Assembly (NCBI RefSeq): GCF_032062105.1
Contig: NW_026932050.1
Location: 186,001-250,000, forward strand
From: Saccostrea cucullata
Lineage: Eukaryota
Direction of reading: 5' to 3'
Length of the DNA stretch: 64,000 nt
The notes below the pieces were generated by a model. That model had not been told where the DNA came from, made no database searches, and saw nothing but the letters and a program-made list of their open reading frames with translations. The position numbers and the translations under genes are program-made. Shown piece by piece: positions 11,670 to 24,019 of this stretch. Positions within the stretch are counted from its first letter, which is position 1; each line of letters opens with the position of its first letter.

Positions 11670-12649
11670 TGTCACAATTTTTATTCATTTTCTTATGTCG
11701 GTTATGGCGTACCATAATTTCAATTCTCACCGTAGAGTCGTTACGGATAGTTGGTCACGGCTGTCAGACCGGTTTGAAAAATAGTCGACGTGTGAGTTCA
11801 GAGTAGGCCGTAGAAGTGAGAAGGTGTGTCCTTCCGTAGTGAAAATGTTGTATGACCTGTGTGGTCTCCAGACAGAAAGCTGTGTGCATTTGGCCTGAAT
11901 GTTTGGTGTGTTTGAGAAGTTTTCCTGTGTGGAAAGTGTAATATTTTGAGTACTTTGGCAGCGGTGAGTTTGAAATGTTTATTTTCTTAGCCAGGTTATT
12001 TTGTTTGTTTGTTTTTCTTTTCCTAAAGTTATTACTTTGTTCAGTTTAATTTGTTATAGATAATAAACCCGACATATCCATTTATTCCTTATTAATGCGT
12101 TATTATCGACTATGGAAACCCAGACTTTGAAATAATGTGTTATTATAGGTGACCAGCTCGACCAGCTGTGTATACAAGTAACGAACGTGTGACGTTATAG
12201 GATGATGTTACTACAGCGTTGGAGGAAATCCTACGTACTAAGACGTTGACGGTTGATGTGGACTGTGTCACAACGATAACCGGAACTTTAACCAACGACT
12301 GTGTGTTTATAGAACGAACAATACGGTAACGTCTTGGGGTCACATTTATAGAAAGATCTACGGATTTGTGCACGTGTCGAGGAAATATTCGTCTGGTCGG
12401 GTTTGACGTTATTTTAGTCGGTGTTTAGACACTACTATTATTATTTTTTTTGTTTGTTTATTATTATTATTTTTTGGTTTAGTTTTTTTTTTATTTTTGT
12501 GCGAGTGTTGTAGGTGTGTGTGTGTGTGCAGATGTTCTATATCTTGTTTTGCACTCTAATAAACTTTTTGTGCACGTTCTCTTTGTTCTTTTTCAAAGCT
12601 TGGTTACAGCGAAGGATTATTTTCATGCCATTTATCACAAATTGTGACA
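11670..12649. mobile_element. Solo LTR (980 bp)
   Basis: TG...CA ends with an 11-bp inverted repeat (TGTCACAATTT / AAATTGTGACA). 5-bp TSD ACGGG at 11665-11669 and 12650-12654. AATAAA near 12558. No internal ORF. Confidence 0.8.
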
Positions 12650-13812
12650 ACGGGTAAAAGATCCAACAGCCCAACTCTTTATCTTACCATTGTGCAAGCG
12701 TCAGTAACAAATAAAACGGGGGAAAGGAGTAATAAACCCAAAAATAGATAAGCCGCATTTTCAATGCCTATATGATGCATATTTTCCAAAATACTAGTAA
12801 GTGGGAGGGGGTCAACTCCCCTTGCCGGGCCTTTGCCCGTTTTCGATGCCTATGCTATTCCCTTAACTTGTATATATGCATTGGAAATAATTACCAAACT
12901 TGCATGGGGAACCATCCTGGGACAAAGAGCCTGGTCTCAAGGTAACAGGTTAATCTACAAATTACATTTATAAAAACGTTGATATTTTGCATACTTAGGA
13001 CTAGGAACATCTAATCTTGTCTGTTGAATACAATTAAGTAAATTAATTAACTAGTAATTAACTTTGAAAGATTTCACTCGCTGTTTTTCTGCCTAAAGAA
13101 GAAAAAAACATTTGTCTTTTCTTTTATAATGTTTCAGGTAGAAAATTATTGATGCCCGAACTCCTAATGTGTATTTTTCAGACTCATTCAATTAACCTTT
13201 GGACATTTTAATTGTTTTAGGTAAGTTATATATATATGCCACATTTAATTTGAATATGTAAAAGTAGACTATTTTTTGGTCATATCTGGCCTAAATTTAC
13301 ATAAAGAACGTATGAGGCATATGTTACTAGTATTATTACATTTTTCTTGCCTTCCCGATCCTCCATGGTGATTACGACATCAAATCAGATGATTTTTCTT
13401 CTCTCATCAGTGCTATATAAGTATATGATTATCCTTTGTAGTATTCACTATAAAAATTTCTTGTGCAAAATTGTTCTTCCAAAATTCACTCTGTCTAAGT
13501 TAACAGTAGTAATGCTTTGTTACAACTTATATTTGTTGTAACGCTCACAGATAACCAAATAGCCCACGTACATTACTTTTCAATTATGATGATAATATTG
13601 GTTTATAAAGATAATATACAGGCAAACTGTCGGTATAAGTAGAGGATGTTATAAAATCCAATTTTCTAAGACTAATTAATTAAATAATTTGAACCTATGT
13701 GAAAATGTTTCAGAGTTGGAGAATTGATTGAAGAGATACAGAGAGTCAGGGATAAGCAGGGGACACTGAACTATGTCAGGAAGAATCAACCCCCAAATTT
13801 ATTTTCCAGGTA

Positions 13813-14319
13813 CAGTAAAACTCGTTTAGCACGAACACGGATATAGCGAATTCACGGATATAGCGAAGTTTTTCTGAGTCCCCGGCAAAATTCTTAACAA
13901 ATCTTTGTAAAATTTTACGGTTATAACGAACTCTTCTATAACGAATTTACGGATATAGCGAACTGATTTTGAGTCCCGTAGAGGTTAAACATAATGAAAT
14001 TTACATCTTTTATAACGAACTTTCCAAGATTATAAAAATTAATAAATAAAACTGACTTTATTTCCTTTAAGAATTTTTATCATTTCCTTTAAGAATTTTT
14101 ATATAAAATCCAATTCATAATAAAACCTTAGTTATCGAAGATATGTTTTGTAAATAGAGACTTCCCTATCATATTTGGTTGTAATACTTGAAGGAAAACA
14201 TCCATATTGCAAATTCGCTATAATGGTTATATGAATTCGTTATATGGATAGAACGAATTACGGATATAGCAAATTAAAGTCACAGGTCCCCCGGACTTCG
14301 CTATAACCGAGTTTTACTG
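13813..14319. mobile_element. Tc1/pogo (Tigger-like) MITE inserted in the GTA of a splice donor
   Basis: TIRs CAGTAAAACTCG... and ...CGAGTTTTACTG, TA TSD (13811-13812, 14320-14321), internal GAATT(C/T)ACGGATATAGCGAA repeats. Confidence 0.85.
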
Positions 14320-14642
14320 TATCTACTTATATAGATATTTAAATAAAATATATAAAAATTGTATATACAAATGACTTTACAAATAGCAATAAGCTGGTTT
14401 GAAATGAGGTTCCTGAATTCCCTGTAACATCAACTTTCCTGTCAATAGCTTATCGGTAGCTTGTCGGTTAAAACAACCTGGCCACCTGTGCTCCGATTAT
14501 TTGTAAACAAACCACAATTTCAAGTCAAATCAACGATGAAATACACGTGCATCAAAAGTCGTCATTAAGGGTTGGGGGCTAGGCGTCAAAAGTCGTCATT
14601 TTGGAGTAAAGGATGGAAAGGTCTACTGGGGAAAAGAGTTAA

Positions 14643-15127
14643 GGTCAAGATCTAGTAAACGAAGGGTGCCTACAGATTTATCAAATTCAAGAAATGAATT
14701 CCTTTAATGATGCCTTATAACTTTAGCTTGGTCAAAAAAGGTGTTTCGGGGCATAATTTGTAGGAAAATAAGATGAAAATCCATATTTTAAACTGTCATT
14801 TTCAATGAAAAATTAAGAAAATTAGACATGAATATGGGAGTTTTTTTGCATAGCACACAACAAAATGTATCCAGATTGCCTACAGTCTTCTAGAAAACGG
14901 TAATTTGTATGTTCTTGGTCTCTTCTTTTAAATAATGTTAAATTTGATATAGGTATCCGGACTACTTTTCATGTGATTTCAAATTGAATTCCATGAAAAT
15001 ACTTTATTTTCTACATAATTCTATTAGAGCCGTAAAGTACGGGAAAAAGAAAGTTGAAAGTGATTATGACGTCATAATGGATCTAGCATCAAAAAGTCAG
15101 TCTAAGAGCATTTACTAGATCTTGACC
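14643..15127. mobile_element. Kolobok-like MITE
   Basis: Perfect 17-bp TIR GGTCAAGATCTAGTAAA and TTAA TSD (14639-14642, 15128-15131). Purine-purine termini with TTAA fit Kolobok better than piggyBac. Confidence 0.78.
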
Positions 15128-15428
15128 TTAAATCCAATTTTCTATGAGTATTTTAATAATTTGGTGAGAAGTTTGAACCTATACTGGTATATGAATATTT
15201 TTCAGAGTTGGAGAATTGACTGAAGAGATACAGAGAGTCAGAGATAAGCAGGGGACACTGAACGATGTCAGGAAGAATCAACCCCCAAATTTACCTTCAA
15301 GGTATCAGGTGGTTTTCAAAAATATTCATATTTTTAGGGAGACTACTCTTCTACCCAACTTTCTGTTATGAAATTTGCTAGCAGAAAATAAGAATTAAAA
15401 GGAAAATCAAATAAGTTCAATTTTAGAA

Positions 15429-15581
15429 ATAAACAACAAAATGTTAAAAGTTCTCTGGGAAATGAACTTTTAGTTGGTCACGTGATCAAATCCTGTGGAG
15501 CCCGAAGGGTTTCCCGGTAGATATTGATCATGTACCAACAAATGTTCATTTCCTAGTAAACTTTTTAACATTGTTGTTTAT
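15429..15581. repeat. ~150-bp imperfect palindrome (hairpin-type element)
   Basis: ATAAACAACAAAATGTTAAAAGTT...GGAAATGAAC...TTGGT..ATCAA is mirrored by TTGAT..ACCAA...GTTCATTTCC...AACTTTTTAACATTGTTGTTTAT around a central CCCGAAGGG. Confidence 0.75.
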
Positions 15582-16614
15582 AACTTATTTACATTTAAGA
15601 CGAATGAATTTAGGGTAAAACTGCATTTATCACACAAACGCCCCCCTGTATTGCTAATTTTCCATGTTGGGACGCGCAATGAGCTAGAAGTAGATTACCT
15701 CGCTCCAACATTTGAATGTTAACATTCATGTTAGCAGTCCAATTCGAGAAATATCTGTATATAGTAAAAGACAAATGATCGCTGCTGAGAATAATCTAAC
15801 TATTTCATAATTTTTTTAAAACTATCAAAATTACTGATTTCATCATTTTTTGTTGAAAACCCTTTTTTTTAATGGATGAGTCAATCCATGAAATAAGGTG
15901 ATTAATGAAATATAGGTTGTATTTATAAACAATTCATTATACTGACCGCAGAATTTACAGAAATCTGCCATTAATTAAATAGGATTGTTGAATTTCTTGT
16001 ACATGTACATCAACTTACTTGTCAATAGCTTATCTTCCTTGATTAAAAATTGATCATACTCGGTACATGTTATAGCATATTGAATCAAGAAAGATATACA
16101 GTAATTACCATACAAAGGTGATTTTAACTGTTTTAGAAACAGTGGAACACGCTGACTGTAAGTCTTCCTGGAGACAGAAAGACTCAATAACAGAATGTCG
16201 AGTGAGGTACATGTCGAAGCATAATTCCCGACAAGTAAAACATTCAGTTGAAAAATGAAACAGATGTCTTTTATTTCAAGTACACTGAAATATATAAGTC
16301 AACATAAATTCGAATGTAACTATTCAGACAAAATGTCATTGATAAATCTTAATGTTGAGTTGAAGGCAAGAGTTTAATACTAATCATGTTGAAGTTTCAA
16401 AATAAATTCTGCTACCTGAAGATACATTAGAGATGCTAGCTAAATTTGGTAACTAATCTTAACAGACACAGTAGTACAAGCAATATTTTCAACATCATTG
16501 CTCTTATCTTTAGCAATCAGATGAAAAAGATATAAAATGTCATCCTTTATCTATAATTGTGAGAAATTTTAATAATTAATACATTAAATACAACATATTT
16601 TAAGCGGCACTGTT

Positions 16615-19600
16615 TCATTGCAAATATCTTATTTTCTTTACTTGGCCTTCATAATTTTGAGCAACAATCAGATTGTCATTTGAATCTACACACAGTCCTA
16701 TAGGATTTCTTAGACTACAGGTTATGAATCGGAGGAATTGTCCATCCTGGTCTATGATGTGGACACACTCATTTTTATCATCAGCTGTAAGGATGTGACT
16801 CTGACTGTCTGTGGTGATTCCTCGTGGATTGAATGGTTCATTCTTTGGAGCAGGAGTATGTCCAGTGTACCTGAATCTCAGTTTCCCGGCCTGATTGACC
16901 ACCACGAAAGCTTTATCTTTATTGTCAGATACACAGATATCCAGGTTTCTGTTCTCGGTTATGTATCTGTTATAAAGACCAGATGAATAGAGTGGTTTAC
17001 CTTTATTATCAAACTGAATGGTTTGTTTCTCTGAGGAGCCAGAGTAACAGACAACCTTTGTATGTAATCATCACTGCTCATGATAACCAGGAGGTCACCA
17101 GAGGAGGTACTACAGACACCAAGAGGTTCCCAGTTCTGTAGTCTGATCACCTCCTCTATCTTCTCATTCTTCACAATGTTCACATGCAGTTCTATCCCTA
17201 GTATCAGTATAAACTAGATCTCCACTTTCTGTCAATGCTAAGTCATATGGCTTCTTCCCTGACTTGGTTGTGATTGACTTGAGTAGTGATCTCTGATTTA
17301 TGCTGTAGAGTTTCATGGTGCTGCCATTTCCTCTTGTCCAGATTTCTTTATCATTCAGACAGACAACACGGTAAAGTTCTTTACACCCAGTGTCTATGGT
17401 AGCGACAGTCTCTGGTTCATCAAGCAGCTGTTTGACTGGAGGAGAGGATCCAGCTTCTGGTGATTTCTGTGTTGTCTTCATGCTGTAGCCATGTTCAGCT
17501 GAAGTTAAAGAACCTGATAAGCTTCCAAACAGTTTTCTTATCCCTTGAATTTTGCCTGGTGTGAATTCTGGTAAAGTTGACACATATTTATTTGGAAGAT
17601 TTCTGTATATGTTTACATTGGATGTCATACTAAACAGTTTTGACATGTCATTAGTGTTTAAAACCATATCAACCGAATCAATTTCTCCCTTGATGTCAGC
17701 CATTTTCTTGTTTATTTCATCCAGATGTTTCTGTAGGGTTTGTAACTGTGTGTGTTTCATCTCATCTACAGTACTTCAGCTTTAAGTTTCTGGACAAGTT
17801 TGTGAACTTCTCTGTGCCAGTCCTCTCCATGTTTTGTTCTGGCTGTTGAGAGATCTCCATATTCCTTTTCTAACTGACTCATTCTGTTATGTACATCAGA
17901 GGCAATGTCCTGGTAGGTTGGATAGATTGCCTCATTTAATTCACTTTTCTCTTTTATAATTTTTTCTTTCTTTTCCCACCCCTGTCACCGCGCGATCGGC
18001 AACGCGGATGCGATCGGCAACGCGGATCAAAACATTGAAGAAGAAAGTATTGTAGGGGTAAATTTAAGTAGTTTTGAATGTGCTGGAGTGTAACCAGCTG
18101 AAAATAAAATTAAAAGACATTTAATTTAGATAATTATCTACAGTTTAGGATTTACCGAGAGTAAATTTGGTTCACAGTTTCTGTGCAAATGCTACCGATC
18201 AAATCGACAATGTTCAAAATATCAAATTTTCATGCTTTGAAATAGTTTATTGTTGTTATTACCTAAGAACATTTGCTGCTTTTGTTATGTAACGGTTCTT
18301 GGAAGTATGAACTAAAAGATTTTAAAATTAAAACTACATACAATATCTTTAAACAAATTTTAACTGGAAAATTTGACAACCGCGAGGCGATCGTCAACGA
18401 CATGTATCTTTTTATGAAGCGATCGTACAACATAGAAATAGCGATCGTACAACACACGAAATAAGAATAGCACAATTCGGAGAATCTTGTTGTCAAAAAG
18501 TTTATTTTGATATACAATAGATATTTTACATTCACATTAGGCAATCAATCAGTCATTGTTATACCACTTTAAATCTTAAATTTTTCCTACATTTATATAG
18601 AAAATTGAAATTAACTGCGTAGATTAAAGAGATACAACTGAAAAAGAGTTTGATGGCTAACAAATATGTAAAGTAGATTTTTTACCTCAATTTTCATAAC
18701 AGTGTCACCCCCAACCCCCCCCCCCCAACCCCCCAAAAAAACCCTAAATATCTTAGATGGTTTATCATGCAAAGTGTAAGTAAAGGAACATTTTCTAAAC
18801 TCAAGATTCAATTTCGGAAATGTGTTGTGTGGGATGGCGGGAGGGGGTGTTATGATTCAAGTTCTTGAACAAACAAATTTATCCAAAAATTACCAGCTGC
18901 CTTACCCGGATTTGACTACATACTGCAAAAGGGGGACAACCAGTCTATTGGTTTAGCCCCCCCCCAACTTCAAATTAGCCCCCCCCCTTCAATTTGCTTC
19001 CGACGTCTATGAAAGTAAAGTTTTCACCCCACCCCACCCCCGATTCTACATTGTACATGTGCGTGCATGATATTAAAATTGGCAATTAATTTTCAAAAAA
19101 ATAATACTAATAATGATAACAGTTTTCAGTAAATTAGAAGATACACTGTAATACATATAATGCTGTTATATTAACGTGTGCGTGTACAAAACATTTTTAC
19201 TGAAAATATTCGGTAAAGTTGCTAGGTATGCAAATTCCTTTGATCGTTATTTTTATAGTATTAATACATATCTTTTTTTTTATTTTCTGAAAAAAATTCA
19301 GTTTTTGATATGTATGCCAACTCCTGTAATTGAACTGCCATATCATAGACAATAAAACCTTTTTTCTGTATTGCTAAAATTCGGTCCTATAACACTCTAT
19401 AGGTGTCTGTTTTAAGCAATAATCAAATAATATCAAGAATTTAAGGTTCCATGGAGTTTTAAATTTTGCTCTCTTAAAATACGGACATTATTCAACTAAT
19501 ATACAAGATAAATTCGCTCTTTCCCTCTCGAAAATCAAATGCTCGGTATCTCGTTCTATTTCGACAGACTTTCCACCCATACCACATAGCTATCTATTAC

Positions 19601-20455
19601 TTTATTTCATTAAAAGTATTTTATAAATTTCAAGTTGCACGATCGCATGTTTATCATATTTTCTTTGTTGTACGATCGCATATAGAGTCGTTGCCGATCG
19701 CCAAAACGTTTGGCATGTGTTCACTTCAAACCGTTATTTCAACGCTTTCTAATTGATGAAAAACTTCAAATCGGATTTAAAATTTATTATTTACCTATTT
19801 ACAATTCAAATGTGCCTTTTTGACTGTCGGGTATACGTAATAAGGTAAGAAATACCACTTAAACGAGCTTCATGTGTCACGTTAGGGCAGTCATGTTCAA
19901 GGAAAACTTAACTTTAACATAATATATGGCGATTTTTAATGCTTAGAGGACTTTTATAGTGTTAAACATGTCTAGTGGCATTTAAAAAGTCAGAAATGTT
20001 GAAGGAAAATTGCGAGGAAATAGGACAAAATAATGTTTTATTTAACCACATCTTCCTCATGTAGTTGAATTTAACTATCCGCGTTGCCGATCGCATCCGC
20101 GTTGCCGATCGCGCGTTGACAGGGGTGTTTCCTCGCAAACCTGCATTAAAGGTAAACTTTTATGTCCTGAATGTTGATCAGATGTAATGCAGTAAACACA
20201 AACAGGAATGTCACATTGATTACAGCACATTTGACATCGTTCTTTGACATGAGATTCACATTCAGGGTAGAGAGGAATTAATTTTCTAAGCTTAAATGGA
20301 ACAATTTCATGTTTTTGGGATTCATCAGATATCATGTGTTCTCCCACACAGGCTTTACACAGGTTGACAAGACATGTATCACAGTGCATCTGTACCACAG
20401 CGGTCTCACACAGGTCACATCGCATCACGTCCTGGGCACTGGTACGAGGGTCCAT
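16615..20455 (-). pseudogene. Disrupted paralog of the B-box/coiled-coil/NHL gene
   Basis: ORF pieces 20075-20455, 17164-17760, 16959-17183 and 16615-16905 align in order to the 1939-3630 protein. Frameshifting indels near 17770, 17185 and 17060, plus a 2151-bp insertion at 17977-20127. Confidence 0.92.
17977..20127. mobile_element. Non-autonomous DNA transposon with CAC...GTG termini, 51-bp TIRs and 5-bp TSD (Transib/RAG-like signature; class tentative)
   Basis: TIR CACCCCTGTCA(C/A)CGCGCGATCGGCAACGCGGATGCGATCGGCAACGCGGAT with 1 mismatch. TSD TTTCC (17972-17976, 20128-20132). The empty site is visible in the intact paralog at ~3300-3310. Confidence 0.9.
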
Positions 20456-23400
20456 GATCCTGGTAGACCTAGTATGGAAATGTTTAATTAAAGTAATCTA
20501 ATCAAATGACTGTGACTCAAAGTCAAAGCTTGAATAAGAACACAAAACTGGCAAACCATTCTGTTATAACATTTTTCTTTGGAGGAGTTTTTGGCTGAAT
20601 TACATCATAAAATGTAATGACCCCCTCCTAGGATCCATTACAAAAAGCAAACTAAATTAATGTTTATTTCACGTCAAAATCAATTGTTACTTGATTGTAA
20701 AATTGTAACACCCCTAAAATCAAGTCTAAAATCTGTTCAACAAAGTTGAATAGAAAAGTTGCATCGTATGACTGCACCTTAACAATTGATATAATGCAAA
20801 TTGATATCAAATATTTGTTTAAATTGCATTTTCATAATTACATTTTCAAATGACATCATAAGAGCTGATAGGCTAGGTGTTTGAGACAGATGTGAAAAAA
20901 CAAACCTAGTACATGTATTTATAATTTATATATATTTTTTATATTGAATTACTTATGAATATGCAACATTGATCAAATTACATTAGTCTAATATCATTAC
21001 GTAACTTTAATGGCGTCTGTCTTGTCGGGTAAATAATCTACAATTATCACATGACCCACTTGTATACCTGTGTTATCTACCTGTCAGGTGTTTAACTTCC
21101 TGGTCTGTGTGTACAGGGGATTTGAACTAAGGTTCATCGTCCCTCTCCTCATTCATGTAATTTTTTTTCCATAATGCTTGTTTTTATGCGGAAGGAATCA
21201 AATTTTATTATGATTAAAATGCACACAATTTCAACATAACTTGCTGGGCAAAATTTGACATATATAAATAATCTGTGATTAAACATGACAATTTTATAAA
21301 GGAATAACTAATTTATATCAGTTAGAGTTGTATCTCTCTTATCAAAGTATCCATGAACCTTAACAATCTTTTTCAGCTCATGTGAGCTGAAGATTCAAAA
21401 TTTGTCCATCGTCATGTTTCTTATTGTTGCTGCTGGTATTTGCTCCTTTTTCAATTTTTTCTTCTTCTCCAGAACATTTGGCCTATTTCAACCAGACTTG
21501 CAAACTTAGCATCCTTAGGTAGAGGACTTAAACAGGCTATGCCTGCTGCCCAATCCATTTATGTATTTGTTACATAATAAAATATGTTCAAATTCAAATC
21601 AAATCAGATCCTTAGGTAAAGGGGAATCAAAGGACAAGTGCACCTTAATAAGACTTTGATGTCTTTAAGACTGAGGGTTTAGCTATCAGTTGATGATATA
21701 GTCTGAGAAATGATACACTCTATGTAGTATGTATTGTAATCTTTATTTTTTCACATTACTGGGGTCCATTTAAAGTACTTGTTCTTAATTCAAATAAGGG
21801 CAACTTATCCCTCTTTCAAGGGGAGATGAGAAAATTATGAATAAATGAAAATATTATTCTCACAAACAGCAAAGCTATAAATCACAGTATAGTACATATA
21901 GTGCAGGCAAGCAATGGTTCATCGTTTTTTAGATTTATTTCCCTTGTGAGAAAATGAGGCCACATACCAGTGCTTATACTTTTTGTACCTTTTGACAAAG
22001 AATAATGATTTTTTTTCAAAACATATTTGATATTACATCAATCATTGTAAACATGTTAAATGTTTCAATTATTAAGTGTGACAAGTTAAATAAGAAAGTT
22101 TTTCATTGATTGCTTCATCAATTGTATGCCAGCAACCCTTGTTAAATCAGATGTTCTACTTTTTTCTGTAAGGAATTAGACTTTTTACTGCGTCTATTTT
22201 AGTGAACAAATTGAATTAACAGATCTCAATATTAACAGCCATGTAGGCCAGAGAGCCATATCTGTCACAGAGCTCATGTACGCTCCGTCGAAATCCAGCG
22301 ACATTCTCTGTAAAAGTAAATCTACAGTACCACTGGATAAAGATGTGAGTACAATGTATGTAGGCTCCATTAAAATCCAGCGACATTCTCTGTAAAAGTA
22401 AGTTTACAGAACCACGAGGAAGGCGTGAGTATAGCAGCCATCCATAGAGAACAATCCTAGCTAGATCTTCACACTGCATTCATACAGCGATAAAGTACCT
22501 GGCCCCTTGATCATATAAAGTATATCTACATTTAGATATACTATACTCTTCACATCTTAATAATACATGTATATACGATAAAGTACTAGTACCTGGCCCC
22601 TGGATCTGAATTCATTTTTCTAAAAGGTTTAATGTGTCCAATATGAAAGTGATTTCCAACTTTGCATTATCATTATGCGTCATAGGCAAATCAAGAGTTT
22701 CATTTAGAAAGTTTCAACATATGATTATTGAAGATTAAAATTTTGAATTAAGTTTTCTTCCTGATCCCGGTGCTTGGTAATATATAATTTCTGTGAATAG
22801 GTTTTGATGAATTTTACCATTTATACCAAACCTGTAAAAGAAATAAGGAGAAATGTCTATGTCTTAAATAACCAATAGAATAGAATCAAAGAAATCCCAA
22901 ACCCTAACTTTAGGGCAAGGAGTTGTAAATAGGCTTGCCTATGGGGCTAGGAAAATAATTAACCCTAAAATGTCAATGCTTCCAAGGAAGAATTTGCTTG
23001 CCAAAATTTGTATCACAGAAATTACTTGTATCTGTTATCCAGTGAAGCAAAACTGCACTGAGCTTATATTTGGAATGGTAAGCTTTTATGCTGGCTAGTT
23101 ATGCATGGCATGAAATATTGTGTGTATTCATCAATTTTGCTTGTAGAATTCTTGTAAAGATATTGTGAAAAATTCCTTTTCCACAATGCACAAAAATGGA
23201 AGAAAATAGGTACAAAATAAATGTATATGCATGGGCCATATAGCTCACCTGAGTTGCAATTGGTTTCATTATTGGTCATGACTCCAGTGTCCATGATTCT
23301 ATGATTTTAGCATCTGGAATAACTTTTATGACATAATTTTTGTAGCCTAGCTTTTCTTCATTAGAATATTTTCAAATCCCTAGTAAGACTGATCCCTTAC

Positions 23401-23664
23401 ATGCAATATGGCTAAGGGCCTAGGGGGTCATGTTTCCACAAACAAATTTAACACAACTTGAAAATACTTGTATATGTGCTTTAATTCCGTATGTGGTGAA
23501 GGTGAAGGTTGCAAAAATCATTTTAACAGAATTTTTCAACTTAAACATTGCCTCCCTCCCTGCACTATATATGCTTGAACACAAGAGAAACAAGACGTTC
23601 GTAAAGGTTTGCTTATATTTCGGCCAATGTTCCAACAAAAAGTACCAAAGGAAGGATGAGTTAT

Positions 23665-24019
23665 TTAATTACTTGTACTTGTTTGACAGATTTAACATTC
23701 CAGTTAGAGGCTGGAGTAAATATCCTCTTCTAATTACTTGTACTTGTTTGACAGATTTAACATTCCAGTTTGAGACTGTTGTAAATATCCTCATCTAATC
23801 ACTTGTACTTGTTTGACAGATTTAACATTCCAGTAAGAGGCTAGAGTAAATATCCTGATCTAATCACTTGTACTTGTTTAACAGATTTAACATTCCAGTT
23901 AGAGACTGGAGTAAATATCCTCATCTAATCACTTGCACTTGTTTGACAGATTTAACATTCCAGTTTGAGACTGGAGTAAATATCCTGATCTAATCACTTG
24001 TATTTGTTTGACAGATTTA
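23665..24019 (+). repeat. 65-bp tandem array of the Walker-A exon acceptor in the ABCD4 pseudogene
   Basis: Unit TAATCACTTGTACTTGTTTGACAG|ATTTAACATTCCAGTTAGAGGCTGGAGTAAATATCCTCATC. AGs end at 23689, 23754, 23819, 23884, 23949 and 24014. Confidence 0.92.

Noticed and set aside
13138-13220. AG...GTAAG-bounded segment as another ABCD4 exon
   Set aside because: No translation resembles ABCD4, so I cannot support it.
18263-18811. Short ORFs inside the CAC element as a possible transposase
   Set aside because: Under 100 aa, AT-rich, with no DDE, RAG1 or zinc-finger motifs. The element is non-autonomous.
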